Part shown: in pieces, positions 11,353 through 21,743 of the stretch
How the letters are laid out: every line of letters begins with the position of its first letter
Position numbering within the stretch: the stretch's first letter is position 1
Source of the DNA: an uncultured Streptococcus sp.
GTDB taxonomy: Bacteria > Bacillota > Bacilli > Lactobacillales > Streptococcaceae
Direction of reading: 5' to 3'
Length of the DNA stretch: 64,000 bases
Assembly: GCA_938020365.1 (NCBI GenBank)
Contig: CALIIB010000107.1
Location: 292-64,291, forward strand
Translations under genes and position numbers: made by a program
The notes under the pieces: model-generated
Database searches by the model: none
What the model was told of the DNA's origin: nothing
What the model saw: only the letters and a program-made list of their open reading frames with translations

Positions 11353-13758
11353 TCAGATAAAATTCTGGGGTTCATTATCAATACTGAGTCGCAGGTCCTT
11401 ATTTTCCGCTTGCTGCGTTAGTTCCAAAACCCGATTGAGCGTAGCTTGCAGATCATCCTCAAAGCGATACTTCAGTAAAATCTGATAGTGGTAGAGATTG
11501 TGAGTTCGAGCAATGGGCTTGGGTGTGGGGCCCAAAATTTGCACCTTATCCGATAAGCCACTCCGTAAAATATCCATGACCTGATAAGATTTCTTGACCA
11601 CCGTTTCCTCATCCTTGTGGGATAGGGTCAGCCCGACTGTGTAGTAATAAGGCGGATAGCCTAACTGCCGTCGAATTCCCATTTCATAAGCGTAGAAGCC
11701 TTCGTAATCCTGCTTTCTGGCAAAGTCAATGGCATAGTGATGCGGGTTGTAAGACTGGATAAAAACTTGTCCTGCTTTCTCAGCCCGACCTGCTCGACCT
11801 GCTACTTGAGTCAGCAGTTGAAAGGTTCGTTCTGAAGAGCGAAAATCTGGCAAATTCAGAGCCGTATCCGCATTGAGGACACCGACCAAGGTCACATTAG
11901 GAAAATCCAAGCCCTTGGCAATCATCTGAGTTCCTAGCAGAATATCTGCCTGCCCCTGACCAAAAGCCTCTAGGATTTCTTCGTGGCTCCCTTTCTTACG
12001 GGTCGTATCCACATCCATGCGCAGAATGCGAGCCTCTGGAAAGAGAGTCGTCAGCTCATCATAGGCCTTCTGCGTTCCCGTACCATAGTAGCGGATGCTG
12101 CGACTGGCACAATTAGGACAGGTTGGTGGAATTTCTTTGGTAAAGCCACAGTAGTGGCAGTTCATGGTCTTGGTATCCATATGCAAGGTCAGAGAAATAT
12201 CACAGTTGGGACAGGTGTCCACCGTGCCGCATTCCCGACACATGACAAAGCTAGAATAGCCTCGCCTGTTGAGCATGAGAACCGTCTGCTCACCCTTATT
12301 TAGACGATCCTGAATAGCTTCTAGCAGGACTGGAGTGAAATTACTAGCTTCATTTTGCCCGATGTAATCTCGGAAGTCTACCACTTGAACCTGAGGAATC
12401 TGCGCCAGCGGATTGGCCCGCTTGGTCAGCTGCAAAAAGTCATAGACTCCTCGGCTGGCTCTGGCCCTGCTTTCCAAACTCGGAGTCGCCGAACCCAGCA
12501 CTAAAACAGCTTGATTGTAACGAGCTCGCAGGAGAGCAACCTCTCTGGCATGGTAGCGAGGATTGGAATCCTGCTTGTAGGAGGACTCATGTTCCTCGTC
12601 AATGATGATGGCTCCGATATTTGTCAAGGGGGCAAAGATGGCCGAACGAGCACCAACAACGACCTGAGCTTCTCCTCGCTCCACCTTGCGCCACTCATCG
12701 TACTTCTCGCCATCAGATAGACCAGAATGCAAAATAGCTACCTTGTTACCAAAGCGCGAAATAAAGCGATCGGTCACCTGAGGAGTCAGGGAAATTTCCG
12801 GCACCAGCATAATCGCGGTCTTTCCTTGGATTAGAGCCTCCTCAATCACCTTGAGATAAACTTCGGTCTTGCCACTCCCCGTCACTCCTTCTAGCAAAAC
12901 GGGTTGAGCGTTTTCTTTACCGATTTTCCCACAAATCTCAGCGACCGCGATTGCTTGCTCCTCATTTAGAACCAGCTTTTTATCCTGTCGCTCCTTTTGG
13001 AAATGCGCCGCAGACCGGCTGACCTCTCTCTCTTCTGTATGGAGAAGATCCTTTTCTAAGAAAATGCTGACCGCTGCAGGTGAAAAGAGTTTGCGTAAGT
13101 CTTTGAGAAGACCTGATTGTGGATTTTCCAGCAGATAAGTCTGAAGTTCCTGCTGCTTTTTCGCTCGGGTAGAAGGCAGGAACTGAGTCAATTTCTCTCT
13201 GTTCACCTGATACCAAGTTTCTGTCTTGATATGCTTGCGGTCGATCGCTTGGTATTCCAAGCGAATCTTACCAGCCTGAGTCAACCGCATGAGCTTGGAC
13301 TGACTTTTCTTGTCCAAATCAGAAAAACGAAGACTAGCTTCCTGACCAAAAATGGCCTGCCGCTCCTCAGAAGAAAGCTGCTCCGTTGGATAAAGCAACT
13401 TGTCATAGCTGGAATTAAGAAGACTCGGCAACATGGCCTTCAGGATAGAAATTTTATAGGAAAAGACAGACTGGCGCAATTGGTCAGCTAGCCAGAGCTG
13501 CTCCGCATTGAGAACCGGCCTAAAGTCAAGAACTTCTGCAATATCTTTCAATTCTCCGATATGCACCGCCAAATCTTCAGCTTCCTCATCAACCAAGCCA
13601 ACAATCAGCCCCTGAATCAACCGACCGCCCTTGCCAAAAGGCACATGCACCCGCATCCCAGCTTCTAGCATCCCAGAAAACTCCTCTGGAACCGCATAGC
13701 TGTATGGTTTATCCGTCTGCATCAGAGGAACATCGACAATAATCTTGGCAACTTTCAC
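11353..13758 (-). CDS. priA: Primosomal replication protein N' (PriA helicase)
   Basis: 801 aa. Walker A GVTGSGKTEVY, DEEH box, and Cys-rich zinc-binding insert CRECG...CPNC...CHYCG...CPNC. Confidence 0.95.
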   Translation of the reverse strand: MKVAKIIVDVPLMQTDKPYSYAVPEEFSGMLEAGMRVHVPFGKGGRLIQGLIVGLVDEEAEDLAVHIGELKDIAEVLDFRPVLNAEQLWLADQLRQSVFSYKISILKAMLPSLLNSSYDKLLYPTEQLSSEERQAIFGQEASLRFSDLDKKSQSKLMRLTQAGKIRLEYQAIDRKHIKTETWYQVNREKLTQFLPSTRAKKQQELQTYLLENPQSGLLKDLRKLFSPAAVSIFLEKDLLHTEEREVSRSAAHFQKERQDKKLVLNEEQAIAVAEICGKIGKENAQPVLLEGVTGSGKTEVYLKVIEEALIQGKTAIMLVPEISLTPQVTDRFISRFGNKVAILHSGLSDGEKYDEWRKVERGEAQVVVGARSAIFAPLTNIGAIIIDEEHESSYKQDSNPRYHAREVALLRARYNQAVLVLGSATPSLESRARASRGVYDFLQLTKRANPLAQIPQVQVVDFRDYIGQNEASNFTPVLLEAIQDRLNKGEQTVLMLNRRGYSSFVMCRECGTVDTCPNCDISLTLHMDTKTMNCHYCGFTKEIPPTCPNCASRSIRYYGTGTQKAYDELTTLFPEARILRMDVDTTRKKGSHEEILEAFGQGQADILLGTQMIAKGLDFPNVTLVGVLNADTALNLPDFRSSERTFQLLTQVAGRAGRAEKAGQVFIQSYNPHHYAIDFARKQDYEGFYAYEMGIRRQLGYPPYYYTVGLTLSHKDEETVVKKSYQVMDILRSGLSDKVQILGPTPKPIARTHNLYHYQILLKYRFEDDLQATLNRVLELTQQAENKDLRLSIDNEPQNFI

Positions 13759-13809
13759 ACTCTCACCCCGCTTTCCCTAAACGAAAAATAAGATTGAGTA
13801 ACCCCAACC

Positions 13810-14124
13810 TTAAATTTTCTCACCCTCTTCTTTTTCTTTGGCAATTTGTTCTTTGATCTTGCGCTCTTCTTCTTCTTTACGCAAACGTTCTTCTTCCGCA
13901 CGACGGCGAACCGCTTCACGTTTTCCTTCTGGATCTGGGTGAATCACGACATTACCAGATTCAATTTCTTCTAAAGCGCGCAGCGTTGACTTCACTGATT
14001 TGAAATCTTGAGTTGGCTTAGCGCCAGCTTCTAGCTCATGGGCACGCTTAGCTTCTAAGATAACCAAAGAATATTTTGACGGTACCTTGTCCAACAAGGT
14101 ATCAATAGACGGCTTTAACATCAT
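13810..14124 (-). CDS. rpoZ: RNA polymerase omega subunit
   Basis: 104 aa, with [30 protein letters not shown] typical of RpoZ. Lies downstream of gmk. Confidence 0.9.
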   Translation of the reverse strand: MMLKPSIDTLLDKVPSKYSLVILEAKRAHELEAGAKPTQDFKSVKSTLRALEEIESGNVVIHPDPEGKREAVRRRAEEERLRKEEEERKIKEQIAKEKEEGEKI

Positions 14125-14150
14125 AACTATTTACCTAATTTCTAACTTTA

Positions 14151-14801
<651 letters not shown>

Positions 14802-14895
14802 CTATCTAGTGTAACAAAATTACGCTCATATTTCAAGAAGATTCAAAGAGATTTCCTTGAGAATCCTCCAGAATTCTGCTAGATTTTAGACGCTT

Positions 14896-15429
14896 TTATT
14901 CATCAAATAAGCCTTGAAGGCTGGCGAAAGGACTATTGGCTTCTTTCTTCTCCATTTGCTGCTTTTGGTAGTCTTCCTCCGTCAGCACCTGCCAGTCATT
15001 TCCCGTAGGCATACTCGCACCAGCTTCCTCTTCAGGAGTCAAAACTTTTAACGGAATATGAAGTAAAATATTGTCCGCCACACTGGCTGCCAGATCGATC
15101 GAATCCCCCTCAAATGGTAGAACCAAATCATCTTCCAGCAAATCCTTTTGCACAGAGCCATCTTCGACAGAAGCAAAGACTTCATGAACCGTGTAGGATT
15201 CCTCCCTATCAACCGGAGCCATACTGCGACTAGAAGCGAGGGTAATCTTGTAGGTCAAGGTGTAATCCAAAAAATAAAGCCCATTTTCATACTGAGCCTG
15301 ACCTCTGGCCACGATTTTCTGGATATCTAACACTTCACGATTACGCTCTTGTAGCTCTTGCGCCAAATCAAATTCTTGGTCGAACTGCAAGCCGCCAGCA
15401 TTCTTCTTAATTTCTTGAATATTCAACAT
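14896..15429 (-). CDS. DUF177 / YceD-family protein
   Basis: 177-aa acidic protein of YceD-like size and composition. The assignment is by resemblance only. Confidence 0.55.
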   Translation of the reverse strand: MLNIQEIKKNAGGLQFDQEFDLAQELQERNREVLDIQKIVARGQAQYENGLYFLDYTLTYKITLASSRSMAPVDREESYTVHEVFASVEDGSVQKDLLEDDLVLPFEGDSIDLAASVADNILLHIPLKVLTPEEEAGASMPTGNDWQVLTEEDYQKQQMEKKEANSPFASLQGLFDE

Positions 15430-15513
15430 TTCAGCCTCGTTTTACATTATTTCTTCCTTCATTATATCATTTTCTCGACCAAATACCTATACCCCAAACA
15501 GCCAATGAAGCAA

Positions 15514-15550
15514 CTAAAAACAAAATCTCTCAGCCAGCTGGACTGAGAGA
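15514..15550 (-). terminator. Rho-independent terminator after the permease gene
   Basis: Minus-strand hairpin TCTCTCAG...CTGAGAGA (15526-15550), followed by TTTTGTTTTT. Confidence 0.7.
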
Positions 15551-15574
15551 CAACACGTTTTTCCTAAAAAGGGA

Positions 15575-16960
15575 TTATTTTCGGAATTTGAACTGGCTGT
15601 AAAGACCAAAGACGACAATCCAGACAGCTGATCCGATTGCTCCCACTACCGTTGACTCTTGTAAGAAAAGAGTGACAAAGACAAAGGCAAAGAAGAGCAT
15701 GGTCAAAGGATTGAGAAACTTGTAAGCTGGCATGAGATAACCATCTGCCATAAAATCTGGTGACTTACGATATTTGAGGTGGGCCAGCATAGTCAGACCA
15801 TAAATAGCGATGTAAACACCAGATGAGGAAGCCGTAATCAGAGCAAAGGAGTCCGATACTCCCGGAAGAATCTTGATAAAGGCCGCAAAGGCAATGGTAG
15901 CCGCTGAAGCCAAAATCGCATTCTGCGGAACATTTTGCCGAGATAGTTTCCCAGCTCCTATTTTCTCAAGAAAAGGATTGGGCGTATCGTGGGCAATCTG
16001 ATACAAATGGCGACCTGTTGAGTAGAGGGTCGAGTTCAGTGCGGAGGCCGCTGAGGTCAGAACCACGAAGTTAATCAAGGCTGCCGCCCATTTGAGACCC
16101 GCTAACTGAAAAACAATAACAAAGGGAGAGTCAGCCGTCGCTAGTTTTTCCCAAGGAATGATAGCCATAATGGCAAGGAGAGAACCCCCGTAAAACAAGA
16201 CAATCCGCAAAGGAATTTCTTTGATGGCCTTTGGCAAGACCGCCCGTGGATTAGCCGTTTCAGAAGTGGTAATCCCGATAAATTCAATGGCCTGATAGGC
16301 AAAGAAAACCATCTGGAAAGCCATGACAAAACTTACAAAGCCATTAGGGAAAAGCTGAAAACCTCGTCCAATATTCCCAAGACTAGCTACTCCGTGAGGC
16401 GTTTTAAAGCCTGTCAATACCATAAAGACAGCCGTTGCAATCAAAGCAATAATAGCTACAATCTTTATCATAGCAAACCAAAATTCGACCTCACCGAAAA
16501 CTCGAACCGCTATCAGATTGACCAAGCTAAGAAGAGCTAGAAAGACAAGCTGAATCATCCAAGCTGGCCAGTCAGGAAACCAGTACTGCACATACTGGGC
16601 AACAGCCGTAATCTCAGCCATTCCAATAAAAATCAGAGAAATCCAGTAGGACCAACCAGAAAAATACCCCCAGCCAGTTCCCAAATATTTGGTAATAAAG
16701 TTGATAAAGGTATGCTGGTCAGGGTCATAATAAAGCATTTCCCCAATCGCTCGCATCATCAGATACATGAAAAGGCCCGTCAGCATGTAAATCAAGATAA
16801 TGGATGGACCCGTCAGGCTAATCGAGCGTCCCGCCCCCAAGAAAAGTCCCGTGCCAATGGTTCCAGCAATGGCTATAATCTGAACATGCCGATTCTGTAA
16901 GCCACGTTTCATTCCATTTTTTTCTGTTTTCTCGTTATTTTTCAACTCATTTTCATTCAT
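15575..16960 (-). CDS. APC-superfamily amino acid permease
   Basis: 461 aa, about 12 TM segments. N-terminal signature LQNRHVQIIAIAGTIGTGLFLGAG is typical of AroP/CycA-type permeases. Confidence 0.85.
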   Translation of the reverse strand: MNENELKNNEKTEKNGMKRGLQNRHVQIIAIAGTIGTGLFLGAGRSISLTGPSIILIYMLTGLFMYLMMRAIGEMLYYDPDQHTFINFITKYLGTGWGYFSGWSYWISLIFIGMAEITAVAQYVQYWFPDWPAWMIQLVFLALLSLVNLIAVRVFGEVEFWFAMIKIVAIIALIATAVFMVLTGFKTPHGVASLGNIGRGFQLFPNGFVSFVMAFQMVFFAYQAIEFIGITTSETANPRAVLPKAIKEIPLRIVLFYGGSLLAIMAIIPWEKLATADSPFVIVFQLAGLKWAAALINFVVLTSAASALNSTLYSTGRHLYQIAHDTPNPFLEKIGAGKLSRQNVPQNAILASAATIAFAAFIKILPGVSDSFALITASSSGVYIAIYGLTMLAHLKYRKSPDFMADGYLMPAYKFLNPLTMLFFAFVFVTLFLQESTVVGAIGSAVWIVVFGLYSQFKFRK

Positions 16961-17165
16961 TCAATCATTTCCTTTCACAAATCGCTTTATTGTATCACAA
17001 TTCAAGCAATTCTGCTAGAAATTCTTTCATTTTTATCTATAAAAGTTAGAAAAAATATTTATTTTTATGCTGAGACCTGTTCATCTTCATCCTATGCTCT
17101 TAAAATCGTCTTCTCTCTTGTAGTAGATTTGGCCACGGATGATGTCCCTAAACTCAGTAAATCCC

Positions 17166-17864
17166 CTACTTCAAACTCCAGCCACCGTCGATTTTGATAA
17201 TCTCGCCCTGCATAGCAGCTGCCTTACCGCTTGCTAAAAAGAGGCTGATATCAGCTACTTCTTGAGGGTTCAGCCAGCGCTTGATCGGCGTTTCCTCAGC
17301 AACCCAGTCTGCCAGTCCGCCTGGCTCAAAATCTGCGGCAGTCATGGCTGTCTTGACAGCGCCTGGCGCCAAGCCAAAGACTTGGATATTTTTATCCGCA
17401 TAATCCAAGGCTATCTGCTTGGTCAAACCAGCCAGAGCATGCTTAGAGGCTGTATAGGCAGCACCGCCTCCGCCAGCCAAAAAACTAGCAATCGAGCACA
17501 TATTAATGATGATACCAGACTTTTTCTCCAGCATTTTCTGCAAGTAAAAGCGAGTGATTTTCATGGTTGCGGTCAGATTGAGCGCAAAAAGCTGCTCCCA
17601 ATCCTCGTCGCTGGTCTCGTGCAAGGGACGATAATCGTCCAAAATACCGGCCGTATTACAGAGAATATCCACTTCAGGCAAGCTAGTGAAGAGCGGTGTC
17701 AAATCCTCTGTCAAATCTATTTTAAAAAAACGTAGTTCATTTAGAAACCCCGGATTTTCACCCTTATCTACCCCATAAACGCGGTAGCCATTTTCCAAAA
17801 AGGTCAGAGCCTGAGCTCGGCCGATACCAGAGCTAGCTCCCGTTACCAGTACTGTCTTAGTCAT
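17166..17864 (-). CDS. SDR-family oxidoreductase
   Basis: 232 aa. Cofactor motif TGASSGIGRA and catalytic YTASKHAL. Confidence 0.85.
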   Translation of the reverse strand: MTKTVLVTGASSGIGRAQALTFLENGYRVYGVDKGENPGFLNELRFFKIDLTEDLTPLFTSLPEVDILCNTAGILDDYRPLHETSDEDWEQLFALNLTATMKITRFYLQKMLEKKSGIIINMCSIASFLAGGGGAAYTASKHALAGLTKQIALDYADKNIQVFGLAPGAVKTAMTAADFEPGGLADWVAEETPIKRWLNPQEVADISLFLASGKAAAMQGEIIKIDGGWSLK

Positions 17865-18093
17865 CCACTTCTACCCAATCTGTAGCGAGGACATCACAAG
17901 GAGTTGGACTCCACATGGAGAAGCCCTCCCCTTCGCCTGAAACATTGATGAGGAAATAAGGTGTCACCTCGAGAGCCACCCCATTCTGCTCAATCGTGTC
18001 AAAGAGCTGGACGTAGTTCTCTGCCCCACCCCAGCCTGTACGCACATATTTTTTCTTGGCCTTAAGGCCTGGTAAAATTTCTTCAAATGTCAT
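17857..18093 (-). CDS. DUF2829-family small protein
   Basis: 78 aa. The pattern LKAKKKYVRTGWGG...CDVLATDWVEV matches the remembered DUF2829 pattern (GKK-x-R-x-GW ... D-ll-A-x-DW). Overlaps the SDR start by 8 nt. Confidence 0.55.
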   Translation of the reverse strand: MTFEEILPGLKAKKKYVRTGWGGAENYVQLFDTIEQNGVALEVTPYFLINVSGEGEGFSMWSPTPCDVLATDWVEVDD

Positions 18094-18167
18094 GTTTTTC
18101 TCCTTTATCGTCTATAAACCTTGATTTGATAAGGTTTGTGAACCTCTGAAATGAGGTGGTTTTTAAA

Positions 18168-18189
18168 TTTGTTCACCTTTTTGTGGACT
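18168..18189. repeat. attL core (direct repeat)
   Basis: TTTGTTCACCTTTTTGTGGACT, identical to 31283-31304. Its last base overlaps the integrase stop codon. Confidence 0.85.
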
Positions 18190-19349
18190 TACAGGTCATT
18201 TATGGCTTTTTCGTAGTATGAAACAGCCTCTTTTTCTTTGTCCTTGGATAGGTGACTGTAGATGTCCATGGTCATAGCCAAGGTAGCATGGCCTAACCGA
18301 TATTGTAATTCTTTATAGCTGATGCCAGCATTGAGCAATAAACTAGCGTGAGTGTGGCGGAAGGCGTGAAAGGTAAAGCGGGGTATTCCAATCTCTTTGC
18401 AGCGCCGATCCAGGGAATCTTGCCTTGTGGCCATATTCTGATATTCCTTAGTCGGGATAGCAAATACTACAGACGGAGCACGCGCCCCATCTTCTACGAA
18501 TAGTTGCCTTTGCCTATTTTTGTAGAGCTTCAGCATATTGACTGTTTTCCGGTCAATACTAATCACTCTAACCCCTGCCTTACTTTTAGGTGGGCCTACT
18601 AGATCCACCAGCCTATTATAATTCTTTGATATGCTGATGGTCGCATTCTCCAAGTCAATATCAGACCACTCCAGAGCCACTGCTTCCCCAAAGCGACAGC
18701 CAGTCGCAAGCAGTAGGCTATACAGCACATAATCAAAATAATGACTGTATTTTTTGAATGCCAGCTTCTCCATATAGCCTAAAAGAGACTTCAAGTCCTC
18801 CGGAGCGATAAACTTGATTGCTTTACTCTCACGCTTTGGCTTCCTGGGCAGGATAATATCCCTCGCTGGGTTGAATGGCAAGAGCTGCAGTGAAACGCCA
18901 TATTTTAAGATACGACTATTTATCGAGTGAACCACGCCAAAGTGAACCAAGCGACTTGATAAGTCATTGATGAAACTCTGGATATAACTAGCGGCCAGTT
19001 TATCCAGCTTCATCTTTCCAAAGATTGGGACTAGGTGGCTATTCACCATTCTTTCTGTCGCTATGAAGGTTTGTGGTTTGACAGTCAGCCGGTAACTTTC
19101 TAGCCATAACTCAGCCAATTCTTGATAATTCTTCACCCGTACAGTTTTATGAACCGTTGACCCGTTCGCTTTAAAGTCAAGCTGCGCGTGCTGGGCTTTG
19201 CTCTTGACCTCTTTCCTTGTCCGTCCCGTGATACTGGTTTTTACTTTCTTACCTGTTACCTGATCCACTCCCAGATAGACACTTGCGCGATACACGTTGC
19301 TACCGTCTTTCTTTTTGACTTCTGTTATTTTCATGATATACCTTTCCAT
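18189..19349 (-). CDS. int: Tyrosine-type site-specific integrase
   Basis: 386 aa. C-terminal catalytic region ...CRFGEAVAL...HAFRHTHASLLL...LGHATLAMTMDIYSH (R..HxxR..Y). The start may be the ATG at 19334. Confidence 0.93.
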   Translation of the reverse strand: MERYIMKITEVKKKDGSNVYRASVYLGVDQVTGKKVKTSITGRTRKEVKSKAQHAQLDFKANGSTVHKTVRVKNYQELAELWLESYRLTVKPQTFIATERMVNSHLVPIFGKMKLDKLAASYIQSFINDLSSRLVHFGVVHSINSRILKYGVSLQLLPFNPARDIILPRKPKRESKAIKFIAPEDLKSLLGYMEKLAFKKYSHYFDYVLYSLLLATGCRFGEAVALEWSDIDLENATISISKNYNRLVDLVGPPKSKAGVRVISIDRKTVNMLKLYKNRQRQLFVEDGARAPSVVFAIPTKEYQNMATRQDSLDRRCKEIGIPRFTFHAFRHTHASLLLNAGISYKELQYRLGHATLAMTMDIYSHLSKDKEKEAVSYYEKAINDL

Positions 19350-19566
19350 CAGCAGGCAAGCTGTTATTAAAAAGATTTTAGATTGAATTAGGTTTATATC
19401 ATGCTAGGAGTTACGAGAACCCCTCTATTTTCGATTTTAAATAGTTAGACGGTAAATATACCAGAGAAGAAAACACGCGCTTAAACGGGCTTATATTGCG
19501 TTTTAAAACGTAGCATATTTTGGGTGAATAATCTAGGTCAAAAAATGAAATTGAGAGGATAGCAGA

Positions 19567-20553
19567 TTATTTATCTGATAGGTGCTTGATTTGTTTTTCA
19601 AAGTCCGAGTTTATCTTTTGGGTTTTGTTAAACAGTTGATACTCTGCTTTTGCTTTATCTTTCGCAGCCTTGTAAGTGATTTTCCCATGACCTTCTAAAA
19701 TATCGTATTCTTGGAAAGTCAAAAATCTGTCAATGCTTTGGGCTAGTTGCTGCATTGTCTGAGCTTTTCTTTGTTCAATTTGCCTTTCCAGGTAATCAAA
19801 GTAACTAGATATCCCTCGTTCAAGGGAACGGATCTGTTTTTCTGTTAGATAATTCTTTGCTATTTGGGTATCTGATTGCAATATACGACCGTTAGGGGAG
19901 TTTTTCCATGTTGTAAGACCCATGTTGTCTTTTGTATGATCTGCTTTCGTGTAGATGATTTCCGCAGCAGTTTGGCCAGTAATTGCATAATGGAACTTAT
20001 TCTGTACATCAGCATAGAATTGCTTAGTCAATGTACTTTGTGGAACATAGTCGATAGAGATTTCAGCGAAAATATCTGTAATCTGTAACCATATACGGCG
20101 CTCACTAGCCCGGATAGAGCGTACGCGCTCCAAGAGCTCACGGAAATAGTCTTTTTCCAGCAAGTTCTCGCCTTGCTTCAGACGCTCATCGTCCATGGCG
20201 AAACCTTTTATCATGTACTCACGAAGTACCGAAGTAGCCCACTGTCTAAACCTCGTAGCTTTTTGGGAATTGACACGGTAACCAACTGAAATGATAGCGT
20301 CAAGATTGTAGTAAGTGACTAGGTAATTCTTACCATCGGTCGCAGTTGTTTCCATTTTGGAAATAACTGAATTTTCTTCTAATTCGCCCTCTTCAAAGAT
20401 GTTTTTTAGGTGTTTACTGATTGCAGGAACACCGACATCAAAAAGTCTAGCCATTTCTTTCTGACTAGCCCAAATCGTTTCGCCTTTGATGATAACACTA
20501 GCTGTCTCGTTATCGTTGTCAGCGGTATAGATCAAGAATTGTAATTCGTTCAT
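19567..20553 (-). CDS. RhuM-family (virulence/DNA-binding) protein
   Basis: 328 aa. The N-terminus ...IWASQKEMARLFDVGVPAISKHLKNIFEEGEL...YNLDAIISVGYRVNSQKATRFRQWAT is characteristic of RhuM-family proteins. Confidence 0.75.
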   Translation of the reverse strand: MNELQFLIYTADNDNETASVIIKGETIWASQKEMARLFDVGVPAISKHLKNIFEEGELEENSVISKMETTATDGKNYLVTYYNLDAIISVGYRVNSQKATRFRQWATSVLREYMIKGFAMDDERLKQGENLLEKDYFRELLERVRSIRASERRIWLQITDIFAEISIDYVPQSTLTKQFYADVQNKFHYAITGQTAAEIIYTKADHTKDNMGLTTWKNSPNGRILQSDTQIAKNYLTEKQIRSLERGISSYFDYLERQIEQRKAQTMQQLAQSIDRFLTFQEYDILEGHGKITYKAAKDKAKAEYQLFNKTQKINSDFEKQIKHLSDK

Positions 20554-20717
20554 GAGTTCCTTTCTAAAAAATTATGAGTAGTTGAGTTACAAGCCTCTAA
20601 TATGGCGTTGAACTCCGAGCGAACGCCGAGAAATCACGCGCACTGGTGTTAAAATCGGCACTTTCGGCAGCCCTAAAAGAGTAAAAGGTTGATTTTTAGC
20701 TAGGTGGGCTGGGGTAG

Positions 20718-21332
20718 TTAAAAACCTTCATTTTTCCAATCCCTAACAAGAGGAAACATCTCTACTTTTATATCGGGAGTAAGATAGTTACCTGAGGTAC
20801 AATAATTCGAGATTTTTGTCTCTAATATATTTTTAATATCTGTTTGAAATTGTACAGGGATAGTAGATAAAAATTTTAAATTATCTTTGTAATCTTTTAC
20901 CTCTTTAGACAACTTTAGGTCGATATGAGGCTTTAAAGTCATATCAAATCCATCATGCATAGGTTCTTCATCAAACGAACCAGAGTATTCAATAGTTTTT
21001 ATTTTTGATCCATTTCTGTAAACATTCAAAAATGCATAAGCAGGATAATTGCCCCATTGCCAGCCTTCTTCAGGAATTGCTTGACTTTGACTTTCGTCCT
21101 CAAAGTCAACATCAAAAGTAAAATCAAAATCGTAAGGGATATAATCGAAAAAATCAGACGGACGAACGTCTAGAGCTCCGAGTAACTTATTTATTGTATC
21201 AATTCCTATTTTATCACTTTGGTTATTTGCTATTTTAGTTATTGTTGAACGCGCAATCCCAGTTTCATTGGATAAGTGAAGAGTTTTTATTCCTCTATCA
21301 ACCATAAGACGAGCAAGGTTATTTCTTAACAT
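20718..21332 (-). CDS. XRE-family HTH repressor with an unknown C-terminal domain (candidate island master repressor)
   Basis: 204 aa. N-terminal HTH LSNETGIARSTITKIANN. The roughly 130-aa C-terminal part matches no family I recognise. Divergent from the cro-like gene. The gene is AT-rich. Confidence 0.7.
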   Translation of the reverse strand: MLRNNLARLMVDRGIKTLHLSNETGIARSTITKIANNQSDKIGIDTINKLLGALDVRPSDFFDYIPYDFDFTFDVDFEDESQSQAIPEEGWQWGNYPAYAFLNVYRNGSKIKTIEYSGSFDEEPMHDGFDMTLKPHIDLKLSKEVKDYKDNLKFLSTIPVQFQTDIKNILETKISNYCTSGNYLTPDIKVEMFPLVRDWKNEGF

Positions 21333-21529
21333 AATTGAACTCCTTCATTGTTTAACAACATTGTAGCACAAACACTACAAAAAGAGAACTATAACTATCA
21401 AAAAAATATAAAAACTACATTTTGTTATTGACAACTACCAAAAAATATTGTAACATACACTTACCAAAGTGATAGCTAAACGCTACAAAAATATACTTTG
21501 ACCTAACAAAAAACCAAAGGAGGTTATCA
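21333..21529. promoter_or_regulatory. Divergent repressor/cro-like control region
   Basis: Rightward TTGACA (21428-21433), 17 nt, then TAACAT (21451-21456). Leftward extended -10 TGcTACAAT. Inverted repeat TTGTAG-N8-CTACAA (21359-21380), plus further CTACA(A/T) half-sites. Confidence 0.55.
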
Positions 21530-21727
21530 ATGAAGAATAATTTTCGCGTGATTTTGGCAAAAAAGCGCCTAAAAATTTCAACAGTTTCAATAGAAACAGG
21601 TATAGCAAGAAGTACTCTTATACCTTTTTATTATGAGCGTGATGTTAATCCAACCACAAAGACATTGTTAAAACTCGCTGACTATCTAGGCGTTACTATT
21701 GACGAACTACTAACACCAGAAGAATGA
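21530..21727 (+). CDS. Cro-like XRE-family HTH protein
   Basis: 65 aa with HTH VSIETGIARSTLIPFYY. SD AAAGGAGG lies upstream. Confidence 0.75.
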   Translation: MKNNFRVILAKKRLKISTVSIETGIARSTLIPFYYERDVNPTTKTLLKLADYLGVTIDELLTPEE

Positions 21728-21743
21728 GATAGGCAGGCAAACA

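Noticed and set aside
16961-17165. Riboswitch or leader upstream of the amino acid permease gene (200-nt gap)
   Set aside because: No recognisable conserved riboswitch core or terminator/antiterminator pair could be found by eye.
20612-20640. Weak similarity between 20612-20640 and 28251-28277 (GAAC..CGAGCGAAC...GAGAAAT)
   Set aside because: The match is about 27 nt with 5-6 mismatches, which is too weak to separate from chance or old mosaic remnants.
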